Shown: piece by piece, positions 9,384 through 18,593 of the stretch
How the letters are laid out: each line of letters opens with the position of its first letter
How positions within the stretch are numbered: position 1 is the stretch's first letter
Source: Anaerolineae bacterium
Lineage (GTDB): Bacteria; Chloroflexota; Anaerolineae; Anaerolineales; E44-bin32
Reading direction: 5' to 3'
DNA length: 64,000 bases
NCBI GenBank assembly: GCA_011192015.1
Contig: DUET01000086.1
Span: 18,026-82,025, forward strand
The notes under the pieces: generated by a model
What the model was told of the DNA's origin: nothing
The model's input: the letters and a program-made list of their open reading frames with translations, nothing else
Database searches by the model: none
Position numbers and translations under genes: made by a program

Positions 9384-9746
9384 ATGAATGCAGAAGAAAC
9401 TCCCGAACGAGCCCCGGGTACCACCACGATCGCACCAGAAGTACTGGTGACCATCGTGCGGCTGACCGCGTTGCGCGTCCCGGGCGTGGTGCGGCTGGCC
9501 AATCTCCCCGGCGGTGTCAATCGCCTCTTCCGGCGTGGAGCCGGAGAGGGCGTGCGCATCGAAGTGGAGAACAACACCGTCTCTGTGGACCTGTACGTGG
9601 AGCTTGAACCAGAAGTCAATGTCCGCGAGATTAGCGCCAAGATACAATCCGAAATCGCTCGTGCGATCCAAGACATGGTCGCCATGCACATCGAACGCGT
9701 CGATGTACACGTCATGGACATCTGCTATGATGATCCCGTTGGTTAA
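9384..9746 (+). CDS. Asp23/Gls24 family envelope stress protein
   Basis: 120 aa with an Asp23-like sequence (TTIAPEVLVTIVRLTA..VPGV). The asp23-nusB adjacency is a known synteny in Firmicutes-like genomes. Confidence 0.82.
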   Translation: MNAEETPERAPGTTTIAPEVLVTIVRLTALRVPGVVRLANLPGGVNRLFRRGAGEGVRIEVENNTVSVDLYVELEPEVNVREISAKIQSEIARAIQDMVAMHIERVDVHVMDICYDDPVG

Positions 9747-9762
9747 CATCTGGTAGGAATTC

Positions 9763-10203
9763 ATGAAACATGAACGGCGCCGGACAAGAGGTCTGGCGCT
9801 CCAGGTCCTTTACGAAATCGATAGTGTCGGTCACCCGGCTGAGGAGGTTCTCACTCGTTACATCAACGAGAATGGGAACCTGAGCCAGGATTCGCAGGGT
9901 TTCCTGCGACGCATCGTCCTGGGCACGGTCCAGTTCGCCGCGAAAATGGATGGTTTGATCGCAGGATGCGCTCCGGAATGGCCGGTAAATCAACTGGCTA
10001 TTGTGGATCGCAACATCCTGCGTTTGGCCATCTGGGAATTCGCCGTTTCGAACGAAACCCCCCTCAAAGTGGCCATCAACGAGGCCGTCGAATTGGCCAA
10101 ATTGTACGGATCGGACAGCACTCCCCGCTTCGTGAACGGCGTGCTCGGCACGCTGGCCGAACGTGAGGATGAAATCCGTCGCCTGATCCAATCCTCGGAT
10201 TGA
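9763..10203 (+). CDS. nusB: transcription antitermination factor NusB
   Basis: Contains RTRGLALQVLYEID and AINEAVELAK.YG....RFVNGVLG, which are canonical NusB motifs. Confidence 0.92.
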   Translation: MKHERRRTRGLALQVLYEIDSVGHPAEEVLTRYINENGNLSQDSQGFLRRIVLGTVQFAAKMDGLIAGCAPEWPVNQLAIVDRNILRLAIWEFAVSNETPLKVAINEAVELAKLYGSDSTPRFVNGVLGTLAEREDEIRRLIQSSD

Positions 10204-10210
10204 GAGACTG

Positions 10211-10600
10211 ATGAGCTTTCTCGGTGTTGGTCCCCTCGAATTGCTCTTCATCGTCATCATTGCCATCATCATTGTCGGACCGCGCGACATCACCAAAACA
10301 GCGCGCACGCTGGGCCGGGCCATCAACCGCATCTACCGCTCTGAGTTATGGCAAACTCTGAGCGAAACCGGTCATGCCATACGCGACCTGCCCAATCGAC
10401 TGGCGAAGGAAGCCAGCTTGGAAGACTTGGATGCGATTGGCGACCCTTTCAAGAACACCCGGGAAGAAATCTCACGCGAGATGTCGAGGATCGAGGATGG
10501 ATTGAAGGCATGGACATCTCCTCCCGGAATGCTGCCCCCTCAACCCAAGGATGAAGCCGACATCTCTCCTGACGAGTATCCCGAATCGGGCGGCGAGTAG
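10211..10600 (+). CDS. twin-arginine translocase TatA/TatB family protein (TatB-like)
   Basis: The N-terminal TM plus amphipathic helix (GPLELLFIVIIAIIIVGPRDITKTARTLGRAI) is followed by an acidic tail. The gene is immediately upstream of tatC. Confidence 0.8.
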   Translation: MSFLGVGPLELLFIVIIAIIIVGPRDITKTARTLGRAINRIYRSELWQTLSETGHAIRDLPNRLAKEASLEDLDAIGDPFKNTREEISREMSRIEDGLKAWTSPPGMLPPQPKDEADISPDEYPESGGE

Positions 10601-10602
10601 CC

Positions 10603-11466
10603 ATGCGCCTGCGAAACACGCTGCGTCGCATCCTGACGGCGCCCTTCCGATGGATCGCCTGGCCTTTCAAGAAACTGCGCGACTTCATCAATTATGAAGC
10701 CAGCGATTCATCCCTCTCAGAAGTCCTGGCCCAAAGTTTGGAGAAACCCACCGATCTGCTGGAGCATCTGACAGCACTGCGCGGAGTCTTGATCCGTTCG
10801 GTGATTGCCCTGCTGATCACGACCACCATCAGCTTCGCCTTTGCACCCCGCATCCTCGAATTCCTCTCCATCCCCATCGGTGGAACCGACACCTTGCAGG
10901 CGATCGAAGTTACTGAATCGGTGGGCGCTTTCATGCGCGTCTCGCTGCTGAGCGGATTGGTGATCGCGTTTCCGTACATCTGGATCGAGTTCTTCGTCTT
11001 CATCCATCCCGGCCTCAAACGTCGTGAGCGCGTTTTTGTGCTTACGGCCATGCCTTTCGCCACTCTGCTCTTCCTGGCGGGCTTGGCGTTTGCCTACTAC
11101 ATCATGCTCCCTGCTGCGCTCGATTTCCTGCTGGACTTCATGGACATCTCCACCGTTCCCCGCCCCTCGAACTACATTCGCTTCGTAACCGGGATCATGT
11201 TCTGGATCGGAGTGGCGTTTCAATTTCCCTTGATCATCTACACACTGGCGGCTATCGGACTTGTGCGGGCGCGCCTGCTCTTAGAAGGATGGCGCATTGC
11301 CGTTGTGGCCATTGCCGTACTTGCTGCCGCCGTAACGCCCACGGTCGATCCTGTGAACATGGGCCTTGTGATGGCTCCCATGATCGTGCTCTATCTGCTC
11401 AGCATTTTGTTTGCTGCGGCGGCTGAACGCAGGCATCAACGCCGCAACGCAGTCCAGAACTCCTGA
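10603..11466 (+). CDS. tatC: twin-arginine translocase subunit TatC
   Basis: Six-TM profile with LEHLTALR, FP.IW.F..PGL and PTVDP motifs. Confidence 0.92.
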   Translation: MRLRNTLRRILTAPFRWIAWPFKKLRDFINYEASDSSLSEVLAQSLEKPTDLLEHLTALRGVLIRSVIALLITTTISFAFAPRILEFLSIPIGGTDTLQAIEVTESVGAFMRVSLLSGLVIAFPYIWIEFFVFIHPGLKRRERVFVLTAMPFATLLFLAGLAFAYYIMLPAALDFLLDFMDISTVPRPSNYIRFVTGIMFWIGVAFQFPLIIYTLAAIGLVRARLLLEGWRIAVVAIAVLAAAVTPTVDPVNMGLVMAPMIVLYLLSILFAAAAERRHQRRNAVQNS

Positions 11467-11740
11467 AGTAAGCATCCTACCCGGCTCCGCAAACGTCCAA
11501 TTCCATCCTCCATAATTGCTCTCTCTAAGTCGATCGAGCCATCAAGGATGCTGGTTTCTTATGTTATCCTTGAACCAAGCCAATCCTGCCGAAGAAGCCT
11601 GGTTGGGCTCTCCATGCTGCCTGGGGAATGTGTTCCTGATTTCCAGAAGAAAATCGATCCAATGCCTGAGTCAGAGATCTTGCTTGATGATTTCAACAAT
11701 CCTTGCAGGTGCTGAACATCGTTACTCAGAGGAGATTACG

Positions 11741-13375
11741 ATGAAGAAGCGAACCGTCGTCTACGTTTCCCTGGTCGCCATCATCGGCGCTACGCTCGCC
11801 TGTTCCCTCGGATCGGAGGATGCAAATGCCGTAGCCTCCAGCAGGATCGAGGCTGCAACGGGAGGAAGCCTCACCAGCCAAGATGGTGCCTTGACGATTG
11901 AGATTCCTCCGGGAGCGCTCAGCGAGGATACGGAGATCAGCATCCGTGCTGTTCCCAAGGAGGATCTGCCCGATGAATTGGCCGAGTTGGAAGGCGCAGA
12001 TGATGGTTATCTGCTCCAGCCCGATGGTTTGACCTTCGAAGATCCAATCACCGTTACCTGGGAGATCGATCCGGCAGATCTGGTCGTGGAAGGGCAAGAA
12101 GGATTCCACGCTCAGGCGATTGTAAGTTGGAGCGAGCAGACAGGTCTTGAGCCGCTGGAAGATCTATCCACCGAAGTTTCATTGAAGGAGAACCGCGCGA
12201 TTACAAGCGGCGCATTGGATCACTTCAGCTGGATTACGCGCGAGGATGGAGCGCTCGAAGTGACGCTCGTGGAAGCCAACGACGAACAGATCGTTGGAAC
12301 GAGCTTCAACACCTTAGTCGAGTTCGGGATCGGTGTGCGCATGCACGGTGTGGTCCTGGCAGACATCGGGGGGAATTTCATCGCCTCCGGCCAGGTTTCT
12401 TTGGCCGGAAATGGAAGTTTCGAAGCCGGGAATCTCGGATACTACGAAAGATTCAGCGACGTAACCGGGATGTACCGCTGCAATTCCGAGCCAGGACCCG
12501 GAACCTACGGCGCAACGGTGCACGCCCTGGTCACTTGGGAAGCCGGTCCTTCCAGCGCTGATCGTGTGCTGCAAGTCACGGTGACGAGTGGTGTTAACTG
12601 CATTGCCGAGCCAGTGCCCACAGAGCCATCCAGCACCCTCGGAATCAGCAATATCCTCATCGAAATGGGATACAGCGCCGATGCCGTCAACAGGATCGAA
12701 GATGCCAGGCGTCAGGACAACAGGGAGGATTGGCTCTACAGCATCTCCGAACTCCCTCCGATGTTGCGCTGGGATTATCTCGATCTACTGGAGTTCGAAG
12801 GTTTGATTACCGATGCAGAATTGGATCAGGTTGAGGAGTGGTTCAACGACACGCTGTTCCCCTGTGGCGAGATAGCTAATGGGCGATTGACCGTATGCGG
12901 AGTGACGGTCCGGGACTTCCCCGCTGGGGACATGTTGATCTTCACGGGGAGTTTCGATGGGATCATCCCGCTTGACGATCCCGATCACCATCTGGTGTTT
13001 GCTGTGGTTCTGGACGGCGATGGAGATCCTGCCAACAACTTCCAGTTCATACCACCCTACGATTGGGACTACTATCAGGGAACCGACCAGTGGTACGAAC
13101 TGGGGTGGAATCCACAGATGGGAGAGTGGTTTCTCACCCTGATGCTCGTTCGTGGATCCTTGTTCCTGGAACTTCATACCGACGCACGTGCAGTGATCGC
13201 CGGCGACACGATCGTCTTCTTCATCCCGGCTGCTGAAGTGGATGTGGAGATGCCTGCGTTCCGCATCACCTCCTTCGGGCACGACGGAACCTTTGCGCAC
13301 AACGCATCCGGGGGTGATGTCTCCGGTGCGAATCCGACCGAACCGCTGATCCCATTGACGCTCCGATTGGACTAG
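11741..13375 (+). CDS. exported hypothetical protein (signal peptide ending in LAC)
   Basis: GGAG RBS and ATG at 11741, giving MKKRTVVYVSLVAIIGATLACS. The mature part is acidic, and I recognise no catalytic motif. Confidence 0.6.
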   Translation: MKKRTVVYVSLVAIIGATLACSLGSEDANAVASSRIEAATGGSLTSQDGALTIEIPPGALSEDTEISIRAVPKEDLPDELAELEGADDGYLLQPDGLTFEDPITVTWEIDPADLVVEGQEGFHAQAIVSWSEQTGLEPLEDLSTEVSLKENRAITSGALDHFSWITREDGALEVTLVEANDEQIVGTSFNTLVEFGIGVRMHGVVLADIGGNFIASGQVSLAGNGSFEAGNLGYYERFSDVTGMYRCNSEPGPGTYGATVHALVTWEAGPSSADRVLQVTVTSGVNCIAEPVPTEPSSTLGISNILIEMGYSADAVNRIEDARRQDNREDWLYSISELPPMLRWDYLDLLEFEGLITDAELDQVEEWFNDTLFPCGEIANGRLTVCGVTVRDFPAGDMLIFTGSFDGIIPLDDPDHHLVFAVVLDGDGDPANNFQFIPPYDWDYYQGTDQWYELGWNPQMGEWFLTLMLVRGSLFLELHTDARAVIAGDTIVFFIPAAEVDVEMPAFRITSFGHDGTFAHNASGGDVSGANPTEPLIPLTLRLD

Positions 13376-13440
13376 GGTTTCGCAGGGCGGGCAACTCCAC
13401 CTTGCACATGGCGCAGGTAATAGAGTGCGGCAAACGCGTT

Positions 13441-13474
13441 GCGCAGCCAGGAAAAACCTGGCTGCGCTGTTTAT
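13441..13474. terminator. hairpin terminator between convergent genes
   Basis: GCGCAGCCAGG-AAAAA-CCTGGCTGCGC followed by TGTTTAT. It lies between the exported-protein gene (+) and the MFS gene (-). Confidence 0.5.
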
Positions 13475-13497
13475 CCAACGGAAATTGGATGCTTCGG

Positions 13498-14727
13498 CTA
13501 GCTGGACGGATCCGTTGTGATGACCTTCGGTTCCTTCAGAAGGAAGGCGATCAGCAGGCACAGCGCCAGAAGACCTATGATCACCACCAGCGACAGGGTC
13601 ATGGAGCCATCGCTTGGAGATCGGAAGCTATCCATCCCCAAGATGAAGAGAATCCCCGAAATCTGCCCGATCATGAGCAACAATCCATTCGATGTTCCCT
13701 CGGGAGCCGGATAGGCGATCTCTGCCCCATACTGAAATCCGATAGGACCTGCGCTGAGCAGGAAGAAACCCAACACGAAAGCTGACAGAAGGAGCAGACT
13801 GTAGCTGGGAGCGAAAGCAATGCCGATCAAGCCGGGAATGGTTCCTACAAGAGCCAGGATGATGAACGGCACACGTTTGCGGAAGCGATCCGAAAGCAGG
13901 GGCATGACGACAGCTCCCACAACACCCGCGGCGACCATCAACCCACCCGTGATGCCGGCTTCCTCCATCGAGAATCCTCTTGGGCTCAGGATCTCTTCGA
14001 TCCACGTTGTCACCGCATTGAAGGCGCCCAACCCCACGAAGAAGATCACCAGCATGAGGATGAAATCCCTCTTGCGCAAAGTTTGCTTCAAACCGTCCAA
14101 CATCAACGAGCGTTCCTCCATCTCGGGCGGGCATGGCGCCGTTGGAGGCCGCTCCCGGGCAAGGACCAGGAAGGCAGCCGCTACAATCACGGCCACGATG
14201 CCATAGATCAACAACATGGCATCGATGCCTGTTTGCCCGACCAGGAAGGGCGTGATGACCATGCCCAAGATGATCCCCAGATACATCGACAGCGAGCCCA
14301 TGCCCGTCATCGTGGCTCGATCCTCCGCACGGAACCAGCGTGCGGCGACTGTGGTCATGGCATTGAGGATGAACGGCTGACCGATTCCGATCCCGATCTG
14401 GGCAATCAGAACCAAGTTGTAGTCAGGCGTCACCAGGCCGCGCATCACGCCGAATACACCCGTCAGCACGGCTCCAATTCCCACTCCCACGCGAATGCCG
14501 AACGTATCGATAACCCAGGAAGCCGGAAACGAGACAACGATATAGACGATCATGAAGCTCATGGACAGCAGGCCGATCTCGAGCTCCGAAACACCAAAAT
14601 GCGCAACCGCTTCGCTCGTGACGGGTGCGAAAGAGATCCACAGCATCTGATTGATCAGGATGATCAACATGAACACCAGGATCATCACCCATCGATAACC
14701 ATAGAGTTTGTACGATGATTGCTCCAT
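13498..14727 (-). CDS. MFS transporter
   Basis: 409 aa with about 12 hydrophobic segments and an MFS-like loop motif. An AAGGAGG RBS precedes the ATG. Confidence 0.85.
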   Translation of the reverse strand: MEQSSYKLYGYRWVMILVFMLIILINQMLWISFAPVTSEAVAHFGVSELEIGLLSMSFMIVYIVVSFPASWVIDTFGIRVGVGIGAVLTGVFGVMRGLVTPDYNLVLIAQIGIGIGQPFILNAMTTVAARWFRAEDRATMTGMGSLSMYLGIILGMVITPFLVGQTGIDAMLLIYGIVAVIVAAAFLVLARERPPTAPCPPEMEERSLMLDGLKQTLRKRDFILMLVIFFVGLGAFNAVTTWIEEILSPRGFSMEEAGITGGLMVAAGVVGAVVMPLLSDRFRKRVPFIILALVGTIPGLIGIAFAPSYSLLLLSAFVLGFFLLSAGPIGFQYGAEIAYPAPEGTSNGLLLMIGQISGILFILGMDSFRSPSDGSMTLSLVVIIGLLALCLLIAFLLKEPKVITTDPSS

Positions 14728-14879
14728 GGAACGAATCCTCCTTCGTCTTCTACGTTTGGGAAATCTGGAGGCAGGAAATGGATACCCGCGCTGGATATTC
14801 TTGGGAATTCCGTTCCCGGGTCAATCCAATGCGACCTCCGATTGTGGGAAACACCTGTGAATCGAGAAAGCCTCGCCGC

Positions 14880-16487
14880 TCAACACTCCAGACAGGTCGG
14901 CAGCCACAGCGCCGGCTCATCGAGCGCCCAGTCGGGATACGGTTCTCCCATCACAAACCGATGCGCATACAGCGAGGCCAGCTTCGCATAGCGCTCACCG
15001 CCCTCCTCTGCCAGAGCATACAGGAGAGCGACCTGCGCAGAATCTGCCAAAGCCCGCAGGCTGTCCTTGCTATGCCACTGCACTTCCTGCGGTCCGAGTT
15101 CTCCCAGCTTGGAAAGTTCCTTCTGCATGCGTTGTTTGGCGCTTCCGGCCTCCGGGGTTCCGACTGCATCCAGCATGGGGAGGAACTCATCCAGGAAAGG
15201 TTCGTGGGCTCCCTTCTTGGCCATGGCTTCCAGCATATCCAGGGCTTGGATGTTGCTCGTTCCCTCCCAGATCGGCGTCACCAAAGCTTCGCGATGAAAG
15301 CGCGCCACAGCCACCTCATCCAGGAAGCCGAGACCGCCGAAGAGTTCCATGGACAGCAGCGTGCATTCGGCGGCATGCTCCGCGGTGCGGTTCTTGGCCA
15401 GGTGCGATAGGAAGCGGGCGTAATGATAGCTCGCGGTATAGGGGGGAAGATCATGCCAGGCTTGATCGAAAGCCTGAATGGCGTGGAAGATCAAAGCCAA
15501 TCCGGCTGCTGTCCGCACAGCCAGATCGGTCAGGTCTCGCCGGACGAGTGGATGATCCAGCAGTGGAGAACCGAAGGCGCTGCGGGCCTGGGTGCGGAAA
15601 GCAGCTTCCAGATGCGCCTTGCGGGCCAATCCCATAGCGCCGACAGCGTTGGCCAAGCGTGAGACGGTGAGCATTTCCAGCGTGTAGTAGATGCCCATCT
15701 CCGGCTTGCCCACCAGATAGGCTTCGCTGTCGTCCAATTCCACTTCGCCTGTGGGAACCGCTCGAGTGGCAAATTTCCGCTTCAGGCGCCGCACCCGGTA
15801 GTTGAGTTCACCCTCGCGATTCAAGCGTGGGACGAGGAACATCGCCAGTCCCTTCGGACCCGGCTTGGCGCCCTCGGGTCGAGCGCTGACGACGGCCAAA
15901 TCGGTCAATCCGGCATTGCTGGCGAAGTACTTATCCTCACCCGATAGTCTCCAAAGCTTGCCTTCCTTCCTGGCAGTTGTCGTATTGGCACCCAGATCGC
16001 TGCCGCCCTGTGTCTCCGTCATCCAGGTTGCTCCCCAGGCATCTCCGGAGAGCATCTTTTCCTTCCATGGCTCATGTTCTGGAGCGTATTTATGAATGAC
16101 GTAGATCGTCTGATTGGTGACGACAAAACTGCACGCGATGCCGGTATCCGCGAGCAGGAAGAGCAGTGCGAAATGATGATGCCAGGAACCTCCCTCGAAA
16201 GGAGGTCGATTGATCCGGGCGTGCTCCTTGAGCAGTGCCGCGTGTGTGGGGCTCAATCGAACGCGATCCACACGCTTCCCATCCAGATCGAACATCACCA
16301 GTTCCGGTGTCGCATGCTGGTCCACATGATCGCCGATCTCATACAGCCCGCCTCCGGCCGCTTCCCCGAAGGCGCTAAGATCAGCCGTGTGCTTGTCGAG
16401 ATCCTGCCAGTAGCGACGTAGGATGTGGATCAGATCGGGTTCCAAGGACCAGTGATTCTTTGCGTATGCATAGGATTGATGGCGCAT
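14880..16487 (-). CDS. acyl-CoA dehydrogenase family protein (AidB-like long form)
   Basis: 535 aa. The ACAD middle and C-terminal motifs (TETQGGSDLG, GGLGFLDE, PIWEGTSNIQALD) and the long N-terminal extension resemble AidB-type enzymes. Confidence 0.85.
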   Translation of the reverse strand: MRHQSYAYAKNHWSLEPDLIHILRRYWQDLDKHTADLSAFGEAAGGGLYEIGDHVDQHATPELVMFDLDGKRVDRVRLSPTHAALLKEHARINRPPFEGGSWHHHFALLFLLADTGIACSFVVTNQTIYVIHKYAPEHEPWKEKMLSGDAWGATWMTETQGGSDLGANTTTARKEGKLWRLSGEDKYFASNAGLTDLAVVSARPEGAKPGPKGLAMFLVPRLNREGELNYRVRRLKRKFATRAVPTGEVELDDSEAYLVGKPEMGIYYTLEMLTVSRLANAVGAMGLARKAHLEAAFRTQARSAFGSPLLDHPLVRRDLTDLAVRTAAGLALIFHAIQAFDQAWHDLPPYTASYHYARFLSHLAKNRTAEHAAECTLLSMELFGGLGFLDEVAVARFHREALVTPIWEGTSNIQALDMLEAMAKKGAHEPFLDEFLPMLDAVGTPEAGSAKQRMQKELSKLGELGPQEVQWHSKDSLRALADSAQVALLYALAEEGGERYAKLASLYAHRFVMGEPYPDWALDEPALWLPTCLEC

Positions 16488-16632
16488 CAGCTTCCCCGTT
16501 GGTCAACATAGTCAACGCAGGCACTGGATATGCCTGCACGCATCCCCCCTTGGTAAAAAGGTTGAGCTGCTGCCTTGCCCAATGGGCTGAGTGCGAAGAA
16601 TACCGAAACCATCATTCGCCAGGGAACTACTT

Positions 16633-17025
16633 TCATCCCCCGTTGTAGTTCTTCTTGAGAATCCTGACGATCTCAGTCACTCTTTCGGAGAGTGGTCTGA
16701 AAGTCGAGCTTGGGGCAATTTCCGGATCCAATCCCAGGGAAAGCAGAAACTCCCCCCCCAGCATGATCACCAATTGCTGCCGCGCGGATCCGGCCACGTT
16801 GATGAATCGCAAGCCTCCCCCATTGATCTCTTTGATCACCCTCTCTCCCGACATAGCCAAGGCGGCAGCCATGGCGGAGATACGTTCAACATCCACAGAA
16901 GGCATTTCAGGAACACAAGCCACTACAAGCCCGCGGTCATCAATCAACGCCACCCATTGCGATGAGGGCAGCTCACCGTGCAGAAGACTCAGGACATGGA
17001 CGAGTTCAGACTGACGTGTGATCAT
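16633..17025 (-). CDS. Roadblock/LC7 (MglB-like) domain protein
   Basis: 130 aa. The pattern WVALIDDRGLVVA...ERISAMAAALAMSGERV matches the Roadblock/LC7 fold signature. No small GTPase gene is adjacent. Confidence 0.72.
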   Translation of the reverse strand: MITRQSELVHVLSLLHGELPSSQWVALIDDRGLVVACVPEMPSVDVERISAMAAALAMSGERVIKEINGGGLRFINVAGSARQQLVIMLGGEFLLSLGLDPEIAPSSTFRPLSERVTEIVRILKKNYNGG

Positions 17026-17250
17026 GCACAGATACCTCAGTTTGAGTTATACCGGAATTGCCCTAGATTATCCCCTCCATGCTACAAATGCAAGCATTGC
17101 TATGGTAGCAAGAAGCGAGCAAGACCGAAATAGTGAAAAGAGCACAGATCAAACCTTCGTATCTACTCTCACTCGACCTGATGAACCGTTCACCTTTCAG
17201 CCATCGACCGGGTTTGCCTCACATGCCCTTTGGGATACAATCACCTCGAC

Positions 17251-18585
17251 ATGCGCAGGAAACGTTTCTATCAGCGACCGGGATTCCGCAGGTTGGCAAC
17301 CCTGGTGGCCGGCATCGCGCTCTACCTTTGGATTTCCTCCTTGCTCGAGGAGCCCCTGCCGGCTCTTTTGGTCGTCGGGCACATGCTCTTGGCGGCCATT
17401 GGACTCATGCTGGCAGTCGCGCTGAGCTCTCAGTTCATCTTGCCGGTTCGTTCGTCGAGCGAACGGCTGGCAGTGTTCTGGCGCGTGCTCGCCTATTGGG
17501 TGGGCATTCGCGGCCCGGTGATGGTCATACAGAATGGTCGTGTGATCGAAGCTCCGGGAGAGCGCGAACGATCCGGCAGTGGGGTGTTGCTCATCGATCA
17601 GGCCAGCGCTGCCGTGCTCCGCACGAAGACGCGCTTCACGCGCGCTGTCGGACCAGGCATCGCATTCACGAAACCCGAGGAATATCTGGCTGAGGCCCTC
17701 GATCTTCGTCGTCAAGTGCGCAGTGTGGAGTCGGTGGATCCGCTCTCGGGCTCTTCGCTGCAGCAGGATGATCTGGCGTCCCTGGCGCGCACCGAGGACG
17801 GCATCCCGATAGCCGCAGATCTAAGCGTTACGTTCATACTCGATCCAGGCCACAACAATTCGCCTCGCGAAGGCAGTCAGCCTCACCTGCCCCCCTTTGA
17901 ATTCAATGCCAGCGCCGCTGAGAAAGCCGTCTTTGGACACACCTTCCACCAGGGCGTTGAAATTCCATGGACGGAGATTCCGCTTCGACTGGTAGCCGAT
18001 CTATGGAGGGAAGAGGCGAAGAACTGGTGCCTGGAGGCACTTTTCACGATCGAGCAGGACCAAATCACTCCCCTGGCGCACATTCAGGATCGTATCCTCA
18101 ACCGTCTCATCCCAACCACGCTTGAAGGCAGCACAACCATCAGCTCGGATGCGGAGGATCCAAACCGCGAGAGTCAAATCCTGCATTCCAGGGGAATTCG
18201 GGTACTCGATGTCAAAGTCTCGGATCTGCGGCTCCCGCCTGACATCTCCGAAGGCCATACCGAACGATGGCGTGAGGCATGGGCAGGAGCAGTGCAGGGA
18301 GCCCTCGCACAAGCCACGCGTGAGGCCGATCTTGCCCGCCAATTGGGCGAGATCGAAGCCCAGGAGAACCTCGCACGCGAGATCACAGCGGAGCTCCGCA
18401 GCCAGATCGCAAAAGGCAGCATCCCCAACATGCAGGAAACACTGGGCATGCTCCTGCAGGATGCCGGCCGAGTTTGTACCGATCAGGAGCTTGTCGCAGA
18501 CGGCAGCGCCCTGGCAATGCATCTACGCCAGATCAGCGACGAAGTCGCCTCATTGGACGGCGATTGCCAACCACGCGCCAGCTAA
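17251..18585 (+). CDS. membrane protein with divergent SPFH/band-7-like domain
   Basis: N-terminal TM segments are followed by the strings GPGIAFTKPEE...DLRRQ, ARTEDGIPIAADLSVTFILD and RGIRVLDVKVSDLRLPPDI. These resemble stomatin/HflK/C motifs. The C-terminus looks like a coiled coil. The start is chosen at ATG 17251. Confidence 0.6.
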   Translation: MRRKRFYQRPGFRRLATLVAGIALYLWISSLLEEPLPALLVVGHMLLAAIGLMLAVALSSQFILPVRSSSERLAVFWRVLAYWVGIRGPVMVIQNGRVIEAPGERERSGSGVLLIDQASAAVLRTKTRFTRAVGPGIAFTKPEEYLAEALDLRRQVRSVESVDPLSGSSLQQDDLASLARTEDGIPIAADLSVTFILDPGHNNSPREGSQPHLPPFEFNASAAEKAVFGHTFHQGVEIPWTEIPLRLVADLWREEAKNWCLEALFTIEQDQITPLAHIQDRILNRLIPTTLEGSTTISSDAEDPNRESQILHSRGIRVLDVKVSDLRLPPDISEGHTERWREAWAGAVQGALAQATREADLARQLGEIEAQENLAREITAELRSQIAKGSIPNMQETLGMLLQDAGRVCTDQELVADGSALAMHLRQISDEVASLDGDCQPRAS

Positions 18586-18593
18586 GGTGAGAC

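Noticed and set aside
17080-17110. The imperfect palindrome TGCTACAAATGCAAGCATTGCTATGGTAGCA in the spacer between the Roadblock gene and the SPFH-like operon, considered as a possible operator.
   Set aside because: The symmetry is imperfect, it occurs only once, and no adjacent DNA-binding regulator gene is present. That is too weak to call.
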